A stretch of DNA of 63,961 nucleotides, the filler included, from Octopus bimaculoides (lineage: Eukaryota), in the NCBI RefSeq assembly GCF_001194135.2. It is 6 parts of 6 records of this genome, joined end to end, with 100 filler letters (N's around TTAATTAATTAA, not from the genome) between each part and the next. Parts side by side here need not be neighbours in the genome. Positions count along the whole stretch, not along the records: positions 1 to 22,596 come from NC_068981.1; positions 22,697 to 27,689 come from NC_068984.1; positions 27,790 to 54,141 come from NC_068994.1; 3 more parts are not named here. One strand, given 5' to 3'. The notes under the pieces are model-generated. The model was given only the letters and a program-made list of their open reading frames with translations. It did not search any database and had not been told where the DNA came from. Below, one piece after another: positions 15,509 through 28,375 of the stretch (position 1 is its first letter; each line of letters starts with the position of its first letter). Both the position numbers and the translations under genes were made by a program.

Positions 15509-15822
15509 AATTATTTCTGCATCTTTCAATAAATCTCAACTCTTCTGAAGCAGACTGTGTTTGATTACTTTCATCGTAAGTTGAATTTGATATTAAAATG
15601 ATATACACAGAACAGGTAGAATATAGATTGTTAAAATTCGACGGCCGTTTCTGGGGGCATAATGGTAGAAAGATGTATGGTGGGTGTTAGGCACCATTTT
15701 TTTATGTAGGAGGGAGAAATGTACTACTATTGAGATGAAGCTATTAATAATGTTAGAAACGGAGGGTTTGAGGAGATGACATAAACCAAGTTTTTATAAG
15801 TAAGATCTAATGGAATAATAAT

Positions 15823-16800
15823 TTGAGTCGTTATGAACAGCTAACCAAATATCTAAGGGTCGAAATATGCATGTGCCTACAGAAGATATCTGAAAATGTA
15901 TTTAACATTGAAGAATTGTGCATACGCAGAACGGTTAAGGATTCACTAATACAAATATTACATTTACTTATTGTAAGGGGGCGAGCTTCCGGTTATATTG
16001 ACCAAGATAATTTATATCGAATATTTTGCGCTTTGAGACTATGAATATGCGTATCTAAAGAATTAGAATATCTGGGTTTTAGGATAAATAATAGAAACTC
16101 AACATGTGTATGATATCTGCGATTAAATTTACAGTGTTCTCAATATACATCATTGTTTGCTGGTTGCAGAGTGTCATCATAGTAAATTTTTGTGTAGGCA
16201 TAAGCCTTAAGTGGGCATAAATTGGATGCACAATTTCAGGAGTTTTTGTTGGTATGATAGTTAGTGTAGCCCTAGTGAGTTTAATCTAGGTTGATATGAA
16301 GCTGGTAAGGGTGGATGTGAAACGCTGTTTATACCACAATTGGACTGGATATTTCTGTAGAAATGGTGTTTAGTTTTTTGATAATTCAGATTGCGAGATT
16401 GTGTTATAATTTTAAAATTACTCACTATAAGAGAGGTGTTAGTGGTTGTTGTACTATTATTGTCATGATTCCTTTGGGGCGATATATAAGAATTTATATA
16501 TCCAATCGATTTGCTTCTGAGTTTTTGACTATTGAGAGCAGCTAATGTAGAACCGAAGTTAGGTGTGGCAGAGTAAGCTATTTTTATTGAAGATTTATTG
16601 AAAATAGAATAATACTTGTTTCATTTTAAAATATTATAAAATAACTTTAATAGGGATCTTACCTTAAGGGAGAAGGGTGGACTGAACCAAAGGATTTCGC
16701 ATCTGGAGGAAGTTCGTTTTACGTGTGAGTCCATAATGCGCTGATCAATACGGGAAGATTTAGAGTTACCGTTGTATCGAGGGTGCCATTGTTGCTGATG
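15823..16800 (-). pseudogene. Decayed Penelope-like element 2: linker and GIY-YIG endonuclease
   Basis: Manual minus-strand translation gives EILWFSPPFSLKV, IFNKSSIKIAYSATPNF, CASNLCPL, FNRRYHTH, SLDTHIHSLKAQNIRYKLSWSI and KCNICISE...MLN...FCRH, with stops and frameshifts. The motif order matches the PLE at 3-1568. Confidence 0.85.
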
Positions 16801-16808
16801 TATGTAAT

Positions 16809-18088
16809 TTGAAAGCGGACTTCCACGACGCTATAGAAAGTATTAATCTTGACCCAAACAATTTATGGGAAGATTTCAAAACAAAAGTATTTCAGGCTGC
16901 AAGTTCGTCAGTGGGATTTAAATCTCATAAATCCAGAGATTGGTTCTCAGATAGATCAGCAGAAATTCATGATCTACTTTTAGAAAAACAAAACTTAGGC
17001 AATACACTGTTTTCTCAGTCATTGAATCCCAACTCAAATGAAACTTACAGAAAGCTGAAAAGGAGAGTGCAAACTGCTCTAAGGAAAATTAAACAGGAAT
17101 GGTGGAATTATAGGGCAAAAGGGGCACAAGAAGCAGCTGATAGAAATGATGCCAGTCGTTTGTATTCNNNNNNNNNNNNNNNNNNNNNNNNNNNNNNNNN
17201 NNNNNNNNNNNNNNNNNNNNNNNNNNNNNNNNNNNNNNNNNNNNNNNNNNNNNNNNNNNNNNNNNNNNNNNNNNNNNNNNNNNNNNNNNNNNNNNNNNNN
17301 NNNNNNNNNNNNNNNNNNNNNNNNNNNNNNNNNNNNNNNNNNNNNNNNNNNNNNNNNNNNNNNNNNNNNNNNNNNNNNNNNNNNNNNNNNNNNNNNNNNN
17401 NNNNNNNNNNNNNNNNNNNNNNNNNNNNNNNNNNNNNNNNNNNNNNNNNNNNNNNNNNNNNNNNNNNNNNNNNNNNNNNNNNNNNNNNNNNNNNNNNNNN
17501 NNNNNNNNNNNNNNNNNNNNNNNNNNNNNNNNNNNNNNNNNNNNNNNNTGGATTGATGCCATTCTTGTCTCCTTATATACATCGGGGCCAAAGGATCTGT
17601 GTGGTAATTTTCGTGGGATTTCCCTTTTGTCTGTGGTTGGAAAGGTGCTCGCCCGCATTTTGTTAGAACGTTTAAATACCTTTATAGTTCCAAGTATGGT
17701 GTCTGAGTCTCAGTGTGGTTTTCGTTCCTCCAGAGGCACAGCTGATTGTATCTTTACTGTCAGACAATTACAGGAGAAGTGCATTGAACAGAATCTTGCT
17801 CTGTACCATTGCTTTGTTGATTTGAGCAAAGCATTCGATACTGTTAATCGAAGTGCTCTGTGGCTAATTCTGGGGAAAATAGGTTGCCAAGAAAAGTTTA
17901 TAAACATGGTCAAAGCTTTGCATCAGGATATGAGAGGTAGGGTTAATTTTGGTGGTAGGCTTTCTGAATATTTTGCTGTGGAAAATGGAGTAAAGCAGGG
18001 AGACCCTGATGCACCCACCCTCTTTGCAATATACTTTGCCGATGTAGTGTCACATTCCTTTCAAAACTCTGAGGAGGGTATCTACATA
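16809..18088 (+). mobile_element. Internal fragment of an RTE-clade LINE (post-endonuclease linker to mid-RT), nested in PLE 2
   Basis: Translates to WEDFKTKV...HKSRDWF, EWW..RA...QEAADRND, SVVGKVLARILLERL, ESQCGFRSSRGTAD.IF.VRQLQEKCIEQN, FVDLSKAFDTVNR, NGVKQG..APTLF and EGIYI. Confidence 0.92.
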
Positions 18089-18089
18089 T

Positions 18090-18830
18090 TTATATATCAA
18101 GAATCTTCTCGCTGTCAATATAATATTTATATAAGCTGCGAAACAATTTACCAGAATTTCTGGCAAAGGATAGGTGATATAGAAAGTTAATAGTGAGCGA
18201 TATCAAATTGAATAAAGTAGGTATGATTTTTCTTTTAAGTTGGTGGGAGTGAAATCATGTGATGACATTTCCGGCACAGTTCCATAAAGGGAGTTCAACT
18301 TTAGCTTAAATACTGGGTCTATTATGCTCTTATTGATCCGGCCTACATCAGATTATGTAGGGTATATTAGCCGCAGTGAAGGTTTTGAATACAAGTTAGG
18401 TTTATGGTCCTTTAAGGTGAAATGGGAAGTCTTAGGTGCGTAAGGTTCAGTTCTGTCTAATAGTTTTAATTCAGCATTTAGCTCACAATGAGTTTTATGA
18501 ATTTTTTCAAGTGTATTTGCATTCGCATATTTATAATTCGAACTAAGCTTTTTCGCTATAAACTATTATATTTGTCCCTGAGAAAGAATAAAGATTACCA
18601 GTATTAGCTGAAAAGACATATAGGCATTGTGAATTCCGTATTTTGGGTATAGCATCAGAGCATTTTTTTTTCTGAAAAGGATTATTGCAATTTGAGACAG
18701 TTAGATTTTTCATCATGAGCGGCACATTAGTCAATTTAGGATTTGGAGGAAGGTTTTTATAGGATCTAGCATTGTAGTTGCCGATTTCATTAGAATTGTC
18801 CAAACGGTTGTATTTCAAAACATCTTAATA
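18090..18830 (-). pseudogene. Decayed Penelope-like element 2: N-terminal part of RT
   Basis: Manual minus-strand translation gives LYVFSANTGNLY, FTLKDHKPNLYSKPSLRLIYPT*SDVGRINKSIID, WN...VIT*F and YFIQFDIAHY (RT motif A, FDI). Confidence 0.85.
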
Positions 18831-20418
18831 TTTTGTCCACCTAATTCTAGTAATAAATACAGATGTTTTGTAATAAGAGTTCCATATATGTATTCAGTGA
18901 TGGAACTGGAATATTATTTTTAGGTATACCCCAACATTCTCTATATATATAATCTATATAAAGCGCACAATTGAGCAGGTTGCATAGAATCTATTTTCAA
19001 GAGATAACAGTTTATATATATATANNNNNNNNNNNNNNNNNNNNNNNNNNNNNNNNNNNNNNNNNNNNNNNNNNNNNNNNNNNNNNNNNNNNNNNNNNNN
19101 NNNNNNNNNNNNNNNNNNNNNNNNNNNNNNNNNNNNNNNNNNNNNNNNNNNNNNNNNNNNNNNNNNNNNNNNNNNNNNNNNNNNNNNNNNNNNNNNNNNN
19201 NNNNNNNNNNNNNNNNNNNNNNNNNNNNNNNNNNNNNNNNNNNNNNNNNNNNNNNNNNNNNNNNNNNNNNNNNNNNNNNNNNNNNNNNNNNNNNNNNNNN
19301 NNNNNNNNNNNNNNNNNNNNNNNNNNNNNNNNNNNNNNNNNNNNNNNNNNNNNNNNNNNNNNNNNNNNNNNNNNNNNNNNNNNNNNNNNNNNNNNNNNNN
19401 NNNNNNNNNNNNNNNNNNNNNNNNNNNNNNNNNNNNNNNNNNNNNNNNNNNNNNNNNNNNNNNNNNNNNNNNNNNNNNNNNNNNNNNNNNNNNNNNNNNN
19501 NNNNNNNNNNNNNNNNNNNNNNNNNNNNNNNNNNNNNNNNNNNNNNNNNNNNNNNNNNNNNNNNNNNNNNNNNNNNTATATATATATATATATATATTAT
19601 ACTTTTAGTACGTCTTTTTCTGCACAGAATAATTTTACAACGGAATATATTTTAGTAACCTATATTTTGTCTCACTTCATTGTTTTACATGTGTATGCAT
19701 GTGTGAGTTTGTGTTTGTGTGCGTGCGTGTACCTATATATGCACATATGCATATGTTTAAATATGCACATATGTATATGTTTAAATGTGTAAGTTTGTAT
19801 GTAATTATTAGTTTCGGAGTACGCACAGCATAAACAAATCAAAATTAAACATGCCAATATATATATACACGCATAAATTCACATAATTTTTTGTAGGCCA
19901 TGAAGACGATTAATTAAAAATACACATTTCTAGAAATCTGTGCATGCATGTATGCATCAATATATGTATTCATGTGCATATGCATGTATAGAGGCTAGGA
20001 AACTTGATTTTTAAAAAATATCTTGTAATAGTATATAATTAGACACAAAAAGTTAAGTTCACTTGTAACATTCTTTATATGCTGAACTGAAGTTGCATTT
20101 TATCAAATACTTCTCTTCATATTACCTAACATCATTTGACGGTCTCCGTTTACCAAGCTGAGTAACTCATATAATTATCTCGTTTCACGGTCATAAAAAT
20201 CTATTTCGATTTTTCCTAAATGTAGGCCCAGAAATTTAGGAAATTAGATGTTTATCTTAGTCTAGAAAATCAGACTGAAGTAGTTCTGAAATACTATGAA
20301 ATTAATTTTAACTCACGTGTCACTCAAACAAACTATTGTGTCTTGTTTTGTACGTTTGAGCTCTCATCTCTGTTTGTTTTTGATCTTGTCTCCGTCTCTT
20401 CCACTATTTTTCTGTGTG

Positions 20419-20456
<38 letters not shown>

Positions 20457-20489
20457 ATTTTAGAGGGTATTTGTGCATATATACTCTTT

Positions 20490-20705
20490 ACTCTTACTCT
20501 TTTACTTGTTTCAGTCATTTGACTGCGGCCATGCTGGAGCACCGCCTTTAGTCGAGGAAATCGACCCCAGAGCTTATTCTTATGTAAGCCTAGTACTTAT
20601 TCTATCGGTCTCTTTTTGCCGAACCGCTAGGTTACGGGGACGTAAACACACCAGCATCGGCTGTCAAGCGATGGTGGGGGGGGGAGAAATACAGACACAC
20701 AAACA
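20490..20705 (-). mobile_element. SINE-like dispersed repeat, family D (tail ggcggtgctccagcatggccgcagtcaaatgactgaaacaagtaaaaga)
   Basis: Near-identical copy at 27385-27590; diverged or partial copies at 22985-23040, 44860-45050, 49620-49740, 11180-11235 and 47060-47110. Confidence 0.8.
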
Positions 20706-20808
20706 CGCATACATATATATATATATATATACATATATACGACGGGCTTCTTTCAGTTTCCGTTTACCAAATCCACTCACAAGACTTTCGTCGGCCCGNN
20801 NNNNNNNN

Positions 20809-20861
<53 letters not shown>

Positions 20862-22640
20862 GTGCATGCGAGTATGTGTCGGCATTTTAGTATCTCATTA
20901 CACTTTTACTATCTCAAGAAGTTCACTATCTTTGCTATCAACCCGATCGAAATTGTGGCTATCAGCAGTTATTGCATTACACACTAACGCCACCGATGAA
21001 AATAGTATCACGGTCTACGATGCATCACAAAATAACAGGTATTCTGTTCAATATTTCAATATTTGACTGTCTTCTGAAATCCCAAGAATGTCACCGATTC
21101 CACTATGATGTCCAGCTTTTCCCAAAGATCATTGTGATAGATACGTAGGTAGTTGACATATTTTAAAACAGATCACAACCATAATATTTTGAAAGGTAAA
21201 GAGCTACAAGAAATTGGTTAACAAATGAAACTTCTGTATAGATTGAATTGATGAAACTTTCATCTATAATGATATTCACACATTTCCGAATAAAATAATC
21301 CAAAGCTTCTGCTAACTTCTCTAAGACTAATGGGTGTATTCAATATATATTGATGGAATTATCATTGATCCGGCAAACTACTTTTGAAATGGTTTTTCAT
21401 TATATCGTGTTTGGCACCTCTAAGGATGGTAAAGATAATTACGTGAATCTGTAAGTCACCAAATGTGATAATGAGTCAACTTTCTTTGGAAGATTATCAG
21501 TTGTAATTTTTTATAGATTATTCAGCATAATATCAATCAATTCGACACGTATTCTTCAATTTAATGAACTTGTGTTTATTTTTGTTCATAGCAGTTGCTA
21601 ATATCAGTTCATAGAATATGGATTATCAATACGATACATATTTCTCTTTTAATATCTATCACATCGTGGTATCAAACGTATCTGTATCAAATGGAACGTT
21701 ACCTCTACAATTATGCTCACAATACTGCATAGGTGTGCCTACAGTTGAAAATATAATTAATAGCTCAGACACAACATTACAGCAAATCCTTCAGTGATGT
21801 ATTATTCCTGAGTTTCACAAAAACACAAAACTCACACGTCTTCAATCAAACATAAATAAACGTGCACGTATAAAGAAGACTACGCCACGCATGCACACAT
21901 GTATATACACACTACCACATACACACACACACAAACGCACACATACACACACACACACACACATGGACGTACGCACACACATACATATATAGAAAGATAT
22001 GTAGCTAGATAGGTAGATAGATAGATTCATAGTAAGATAGTGAGACTGAAAGGGAGATAAGGAGAGTTAGAAATAGACACATACATCCGTACATACATTG
22101 ATAGATACATACATAGATAGATGGATAGGTGTGTATCGTTTCTTTTGCCCCTGATTACATTTCATTTGAAACCTTAATTTGTTCATCAAGTTATGCCGAT
22201 TATCTGACGCCATCTATAAAAATCTTTCACCACCAGAAAATTTAAAAAAAGACTCAAATCTAAAACTTCCATCTATCAATTTCGCTGATCTCTTCATAAC
22301 ATGAATTTGGGGACTACATTAACTGTATAAATGTTTGGTTCGAAAAACTGATGCACTAAAATATAAATTTCCCATTAAATCATTCCAAAATATAAAGAAA
22401 AAACAAATAAGAAGTGATGCATAATGCATAATAAACTTCAGCGGGTATGACAATTATGCTAAGAAAAAACAAGGAGTGATACAGACACCATGAACTATTT
22501 AAATATATTTCATAGTGCAAATGTCATATTCATAGTTTTGTGGATATTGAAATATGTCAGTGTATTAGATGTATATATATACATATGTATATATATNNNN
22601 NNNNNNNNNNNNNNNNNNNNNNNNNNNNNNNNNNNNNNNN

Positions 22641-22652
22641 TTAATTAATTAA
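22641..22652. other. Artificial assembly linker TTAATTAATTAA inside N runs (also 27734, 54186, 58662, 62865)
   Basis: Identical 12-mer with stops in all six frames, always embedded between runs of about 45-60 N. Confidence 0.95.
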
Positions 22653-22884
22653 NNNNNNNNNNNNNNNNNNNNNNNNNNNNNNNNNNNNNNNNNNNNAAAA
22701 AAAAAACCTATTTGTATATGCTCCACAAGGGAAAACAAGGAACAGTTTACAACGAGGTGTTATAATCACAACAGCAAGAAAGTATGTACATGATCACCTT
22801 CTTTTACGAAACTTCATTGACTTTCATATATTTATATTGATATACATATATATACGTGTGTTTGGATGCGTGTGTGTATATACA

Positions 22885-22975
22885 TCTCTATATATAAAGA
22901 TGATGCGTAGTCTAGACGGCGTTTTTAGATATCATTATTCTCTTTAACCCGGGCAACGCCGGGTATTTCTGCTAG
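22885..22975 (+). mobile_element. 91-bp non-autonomous mini-Helitron
   Basis: Starts A|TCTCTATATATAAA. Has a GC-rich subterminal hairpin ACCCGG-GCAACG-CCGGGT (22947-22964) and ends CTAG|T, i.e. inserted between A and T without a TSD. Confidence 0.85.
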
Positions 22976-23624
22976 TATATATATATTCTTTTACTTGTTT
23001 CAGTCATTTGACTACAGCCACGCTGGAGCACTGCCTTAAGAATATATAGCTGTATGTAGGTATGTATGTACAGAAACCATTCCCATTCTCTAAACTACAA
23101 AGCATGATCCAAAAAAGAAGAGCAAGTCGACATCATTGGATGCATTTGCAGTCGCAAGTTTTATATCAGTGTCCTTCGCCCAGTCTTTGCCCAACCAAAA
23201 GCTAACTACAAGACAGCAGTGAAGTATTTAAATTCAAAGTTACATTCTCCCATATAGACTGCCTTCGCCATGGCTTGGGTAAACAGAGGCGCTCTATCCA
23301 CCCCTTATCTATTTATTATACAAAAAAAAGGCTAAAATAAGAGAAATAAAAAAAATAAAAAATTGACATACAATATATACAATTTAAAACACACTATACA
23401 ATATGCACACACGGGTTGAAATACAGTATATACAATACATACACACACAGAGAGTTTAAAATGCAATATATACAATACACACACACACACACACACACAC
23501 GCACGCACGCACAATCACTCAACAAACATGCGTTGAATGGCCGTTAACTATGCTGTAGTTCCTCCGCCCTTTGACAGGTCCTATTTTTTCACCTACCTCA
23601 CCAAGCAAGCCTGGTGAGGTTGCC

Positions 23625-26600
23625 AGACTGGGGGTCTTAGGAAAGCATGGGGTTGGGAGTTCCAACAGTAATGGTTTACTACTGTTACAAATGTGCATAG
23701 AGATGGATTTGTGTGTCATAAATACAATGTTTCAACTAAAGAATAAGTATAAAACGACATGGATGCACCCTACTTCTAAGAAATGGCATCTTATAGATCA
23801 CATCCTCTCCAGGAAATGAGATACTAGAGACTTTGCTATTGTACAAGTGATGCATGGTGCAAAGTGCTGGACTGACCATAGGCTTGTAACAGTTAGGTTT
23901 TAATTAGTGTAGCTACCAATTGTAACAGGTAAAATTGATTAAGTACACAATAATATGAAATGTCGGAGTCAGTAGTTGTAACGATAAAAAAATTGTTGTT
24001 ATAACAGCATATTGTAGGATGTGAAAGATGAACAATGCATGAAGTTTTAAGTAAGTATTTATTTACCGTTACGTTGAAAAATACCTTACCTCAACGGGCA
24101 GGTTATAACATCCGAGAGCATGCGAAAGAAAGTTAGATGTGGTAGAATTTTTCTTTGCGTAGTTTGGCGTACATAAATTGTTCGTGTAATCCACAAATAG
24201 CGATAGAATGATGCTGTAAGAGAACAGAATTAGAGCTAGTGAAAGTTGTAGGGTTGTGGGACATTGTCTCACAGTTGCTGACAGTAAATTTCATTTCTCT
24301 CACTGACCATTGTCTTTAGTAGCTGCCTTCTTTGTAATCATGATTCTAGTAGTCCGTTCCCTAACTGACTGTGTTGTCACGAGCCGCCTTGCTCAGTTGT
24401 CGCCAAGTGACTACTTGGTTTTTGCTTGGGAGTTCTTGCTTTTATAACTATCCAGCAGGATATACATATCGTTGAGAACAATGGGCTTCGTTGGTGGTAC
24501 TGTGATATCTCTATTCTAGCTTTTTGTGGAGTAGAAGAGGTTATAAGGGTCAAGTGGTGAAGACATTATTTCGGCCTAGCTAAAGGCAATCTGGCAAATG
24601 TAAAACTGCTGTCAGAGAAAAATCATTGTCCCACCGTGAGAAAAGTTCTGTTGAACTGTTAATTTAAATTTGGGCTATGGTGGATCGAATCCACTTCATG
24701 CTTGCAAGATTCACTACAGGCTTTTGCGTGCCAAGGTGAGTTTTGTTGTCAAGCCTAAGGTTAGAGCAAATAATGACAAGTTACCTAAACGGATTGATGT
24801 CAATAAACTTAAGATCCTATCAGTACGCAGTGAATTTGTGAGTGAGATAAATAATATGTCATGTGCTGGAAGTTGGAAGTCATTCAAAGAAAGAGTATAC
24901 GAGGTTTGTAGTAGCATTTTTGGCTTTGTTGTAAAAAAAAATACCAAGATTGGTTTGACGATAATGATGAACTTAGTCTTATCTTAGAAGAGAAGTGAAA
25001 GGCATTTAACATGTTTCAAAATGTTGACATGTCAGTGAACAGGACAGTGGCTACATATTTCAAGGCAGTAAAAGCAACAGTGCAGAGGGGGCTGCGGATT
25101 ATGCAGGAAAATTGGTGGAGTGATAGATGCGATGAAATCCAAGAAGCTTCAAATGCTAACAATTCCAAACTTTTTTACTCTCGCTTGAAAAAAGTTTATG
25201 GACCAGTTTCATCAAAGGTTGCGCCACTTCGGAGCAAGGATGGCACAGAATTATTAACAAATCCTAAAGATATTGTTGGGAGATGGAAAGAACATTTTGA
25301 TGAGTTGCTCAATAGACCCACTGAAGTTGACCTCTCTTTTCTTGATAATATACCCGAGAGACCAATAAAACATCTTATAGCAGAAGTTCCAAACCTGGCT
25401 GAAATAAAAGCAGCAATCAGGAAATTGAACAATGGAAAGGCCCCTGGTATGGATGGACTAGGTGCAGAGAGATATAAATATGGTGGTGATCATCTCTGTA
25501 CATTGTTGACGGATGTGATTCAGAGGGTTTGGCATAGTGAAGAGGTTCCTCCGCTCCGGATTGGCGTGATGCAACTATGGAGATACTATATAAATCTAAA
25601 GATGGAAAGGATGTCTGTGATAATTATTGCGGCATCTGTCTGTTAGCTGTTGCTGGAAAGATCCTTTGTAGAGTAATTCTGGATAGATTGCTTCTGCACA
25701 TTGCTGATGTGCTTCTACCAGAATCGCAATGTGGGTTTAGGGATAGTAGGAGTACTATGGATATTATATTTTCAGCTAGACAGTTGCAAGAGAACTGCAT
25801 CGAACAGGATATGGATTTATACCAGGTTTTCATTGACCTAAAAAAAGTGTTTGATTCTATTAATAGAATTGCACTTTGGGAGATCCTAAAAAAGCTAGGA
25901 TGCCCTGAAAAATGTGTGAGAATGCTTAGACAATTTCATGACAAGATGGAAGAGAGAGTTAATGTTGGAGGTACCTTATCAGGTCCATTTTCTGTAGAAA
26001 ATGGTGTAAAACAAAGTGATATTCCTGCTCCTACGTTGTTTGCTATGTATTTTGCAATAGTTTTTCAAATAGCTTTTGAAAATTGCACTGAAGGGGTCTA
26101 TATATGATATAGGACAACAGGAAAACTGTTCAATCTCAAAAGACTCTGTGCCAAAACGAAAGTTCTGCATTCTCACCTCGTTGAATTCCTGTAATGCAGA
26201 TAATTGTGACCTGTTGGCACCTTCCCAGAAAGATATGCAGCACATGCTGAATGCAATTTCTGCAGCATTGGGTCTAACGATCAATCTAAAAAAAACCTGT
26301 TATAATGTACCAGCCCACTCCCTCCAAGATGTATGTAGAACCTTTTATAACTGTGAATGATCAAAGGTTGTTTACCGTAGGCATGTAATGCAACTGGAAC
26401 GATATCATCAATACTGTCTGAGGAAAATTTTGGGAATAAACTGGAAAATGGCCATTAGTAATGTGGAGGTGCTTAAGAGAAGTGGCAGTAGAAGTATAGA
26501 GTCGATGATTTTGCAAAGACGTTTGAGGTGGTGGGGGCACTTGGTAAGGATGAGTGATGAGTGACTGCCCAAGCAGCTATTGTATGGTGAGCTGGAAGAT

Positions 26601-27190
26601 AGCGGGAGACCAGTGCATAAGGCTTAAGGATGGCCTTAAAAATGCTCTAATACAAACAGGAATTGCAGCTGGTGATTGGGAGAGGGGGACACAAGACCGT
26701 GATGGATGGAGGAAGATAGTGCATGATGGTTGTTCAAGGTTTGAGAAGGCGAGAGTGAAGTATGAGAGAATTAGGAGGGGGCTTAGATGCGGGGAACCTC
26801 TGGGAAGTGAGAGAGTGTTGCTTTTTGTGTGTGAGGTTTGTGGGAGGAGGTGTTTGAGTCATGCAGGCTTGGTGAGACATCAAAAATCTTACAGAAATTG
26901 ACCCATGATGAACAGTGACGTGGCTATTAAAATTCACAAAAGAACATGCGAAATGTGGAATGATGTATCTCTCAGCTGGAGGTCTGAAAAGACATGTTAA
27001 GAGAGTGCATATGGTGACACCTGTTTCTCCTGCCAGCCAGTACAATTGTCCAGTATGTAATAAAATATGTAAAAGTTTGGCTTGACTTAAAAGACATAAG
27101 GGCATCACATATAGCATCAATAATGAATCATTTCAGTAAGTCTTTTTGGCAATGACTTTTCTCGTGTAACGAAGGTGCAGCTATGATGTA
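23625..27190 (+). mobile_element. 5'-truncated, decayed RTE-clade LINE (APE endonuclease C-half, RT, C-terminal zinc fingers, (ATGT)n tail)
   Basis: Translates to GVLGKHGVG.SNSNGLLLLQ, TTWMHP.SKKWHLIDH, TDHRL, WKEHFDELLN, KAPGMDG, ESQCGFR, FIDLKKVFDSINR, NGVKQSD..APTLF, RLRWWGHLVRMSD..LPKQLLYGEL and CEVCGRRCLSHAGLVRH. Multiple stops and frameshifts; followed directly by (TATG)n from ~27188. Confidence 0.95.
23885..24718. mobile_element. 834-bp solo LTR (Ty3/Gypsy-like termini) inserted in the RTE
   Basis: Starts TGTA and ends TACA, flanked by a 4-bp TSD GGCT (23881-84 and 24719-22). Removing it with one TSD restores gac-cat-agg-ctt-ttg-cgt-gcc-aag = DHRLLRAK. TATAAAA occurs on the minus strand near 24440. 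Confidence 0.85.
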
Positions 27191-27384
27191 TGTATGTATG
27201 TATGTATGTATGTATGTATGCATGCATGTATGTATGAGTAGGAAAAATAAGAATAAATACAAGTTTATATTAAAGTTTCAAAGCGCGTTTCCCCACTATG
27301 GTTGTTTCAAACCCTGTGATAGATGTTCTAAATGCATATAGAAGCTTAACCACAACAATACAATAAAATGTCCTCTCTTTCTCT

Positions 27385-27590
27385 CTTTTACTTGTTTCAG
27401 TCATTTGACTGTGACCATGCTGGAGCACCGCCTTTAGTCGACCAAATCGACCCCAGGACTTATTCTTTGGATGCCTAGTGCTTATTCTATCGGTCTCTTT
27501 TGCCGAACCGCTAAGTTACGGAGACGTAAACACACCAGCATCGGTTGTCAAGCGATGTTGGTGGGGGACAAACACAGACACACAAACATA
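27385..27590 (-). mobile_element. SINE-like repeat, family D
   Basis: Matches 20490-20705. Confidence 0.8.
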
Positions 27591-27790
27591 CATACATATA
27601 TATATATATACCGGAGTAAGCACATGAAATGTGCAACAAGGTGGAAAAAAGAGTACTCAAATACCAGAGGTAGAGTAATATGCTTTATTNNNNNNNNNNN
27701 NNNNNNNNNNNNNNNNNNNNNNNNNNNNNNNNNTTAATTAATTAANNNNNNNNNNNNNNNNNNNNNNNNNNNNNNNNNNNNNNNNNNNNA

Positions 27791-27843
<53 letters not shown>

Positions 27844-27988
27844 GAATGTATGTGTGTGTGTGTGTGTGTGCACGTGCGTGTGTCTGTGTGTCTGTGTGTG
27901 TGTCTGTGTGTGTGTGTATAAGCTACAATATATACAGCGATTATATATATGTGGTTTATATGTTATTTAGAGAATTATACACACACAT

Positions 27989-28375
27989 CGTGGCACTCCG
28001 TCGGTTACGACGACGAGGGTTCCACTTGATCTGATCAACGGAACCGCCTGCTCGTGAAATTAGCGTGCAAGTGACTGAGCGAGTGACTCCACAGACACGT
28101 GTACCCTTAACGTAGTTCTCGGGGCTATTTAGCGTGACACAGAGTGTGACGCGGCTGGCCCTTTGAAATACAGGTACAACAGAAACAAGAAGAAAGAATG
28201 AGAGAATGTTGTGGTGAAAGAATACAGCAGAATTCACTACCACCCACTGCCGGAGCCTGGTGGAACTTTAGGTGTTTTTGCTCAATAAACACTCACAACG
28301 CCCAGTCTGGGAATCGAAACCGCGATCCTACGACCGCGAGTTCGCTGCCCTAACCACTGGGCCACTGCTCCTCCA
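27989..28375 (-). mobile_element. tRNA-derived SINE, family A, full length
   Basis: Reverse complement of 32584-32966, with A-box/B-box head. Confidence 0.9.

Noticed and set aside
20950-21800. Protein-like text on the minus strand (e.g. LGKAGHHSGIGDILGISEDSQILKY)
   Set aside because: Frequent stops and no identifiable family by eye; needs tblastx.
26418-26465. CTGAGGA...GAAAATGGCCATTA
   Set aside because: It lies in RTE coding sequence (LRKILGINWKMAI) and has no stem II; likely chance.
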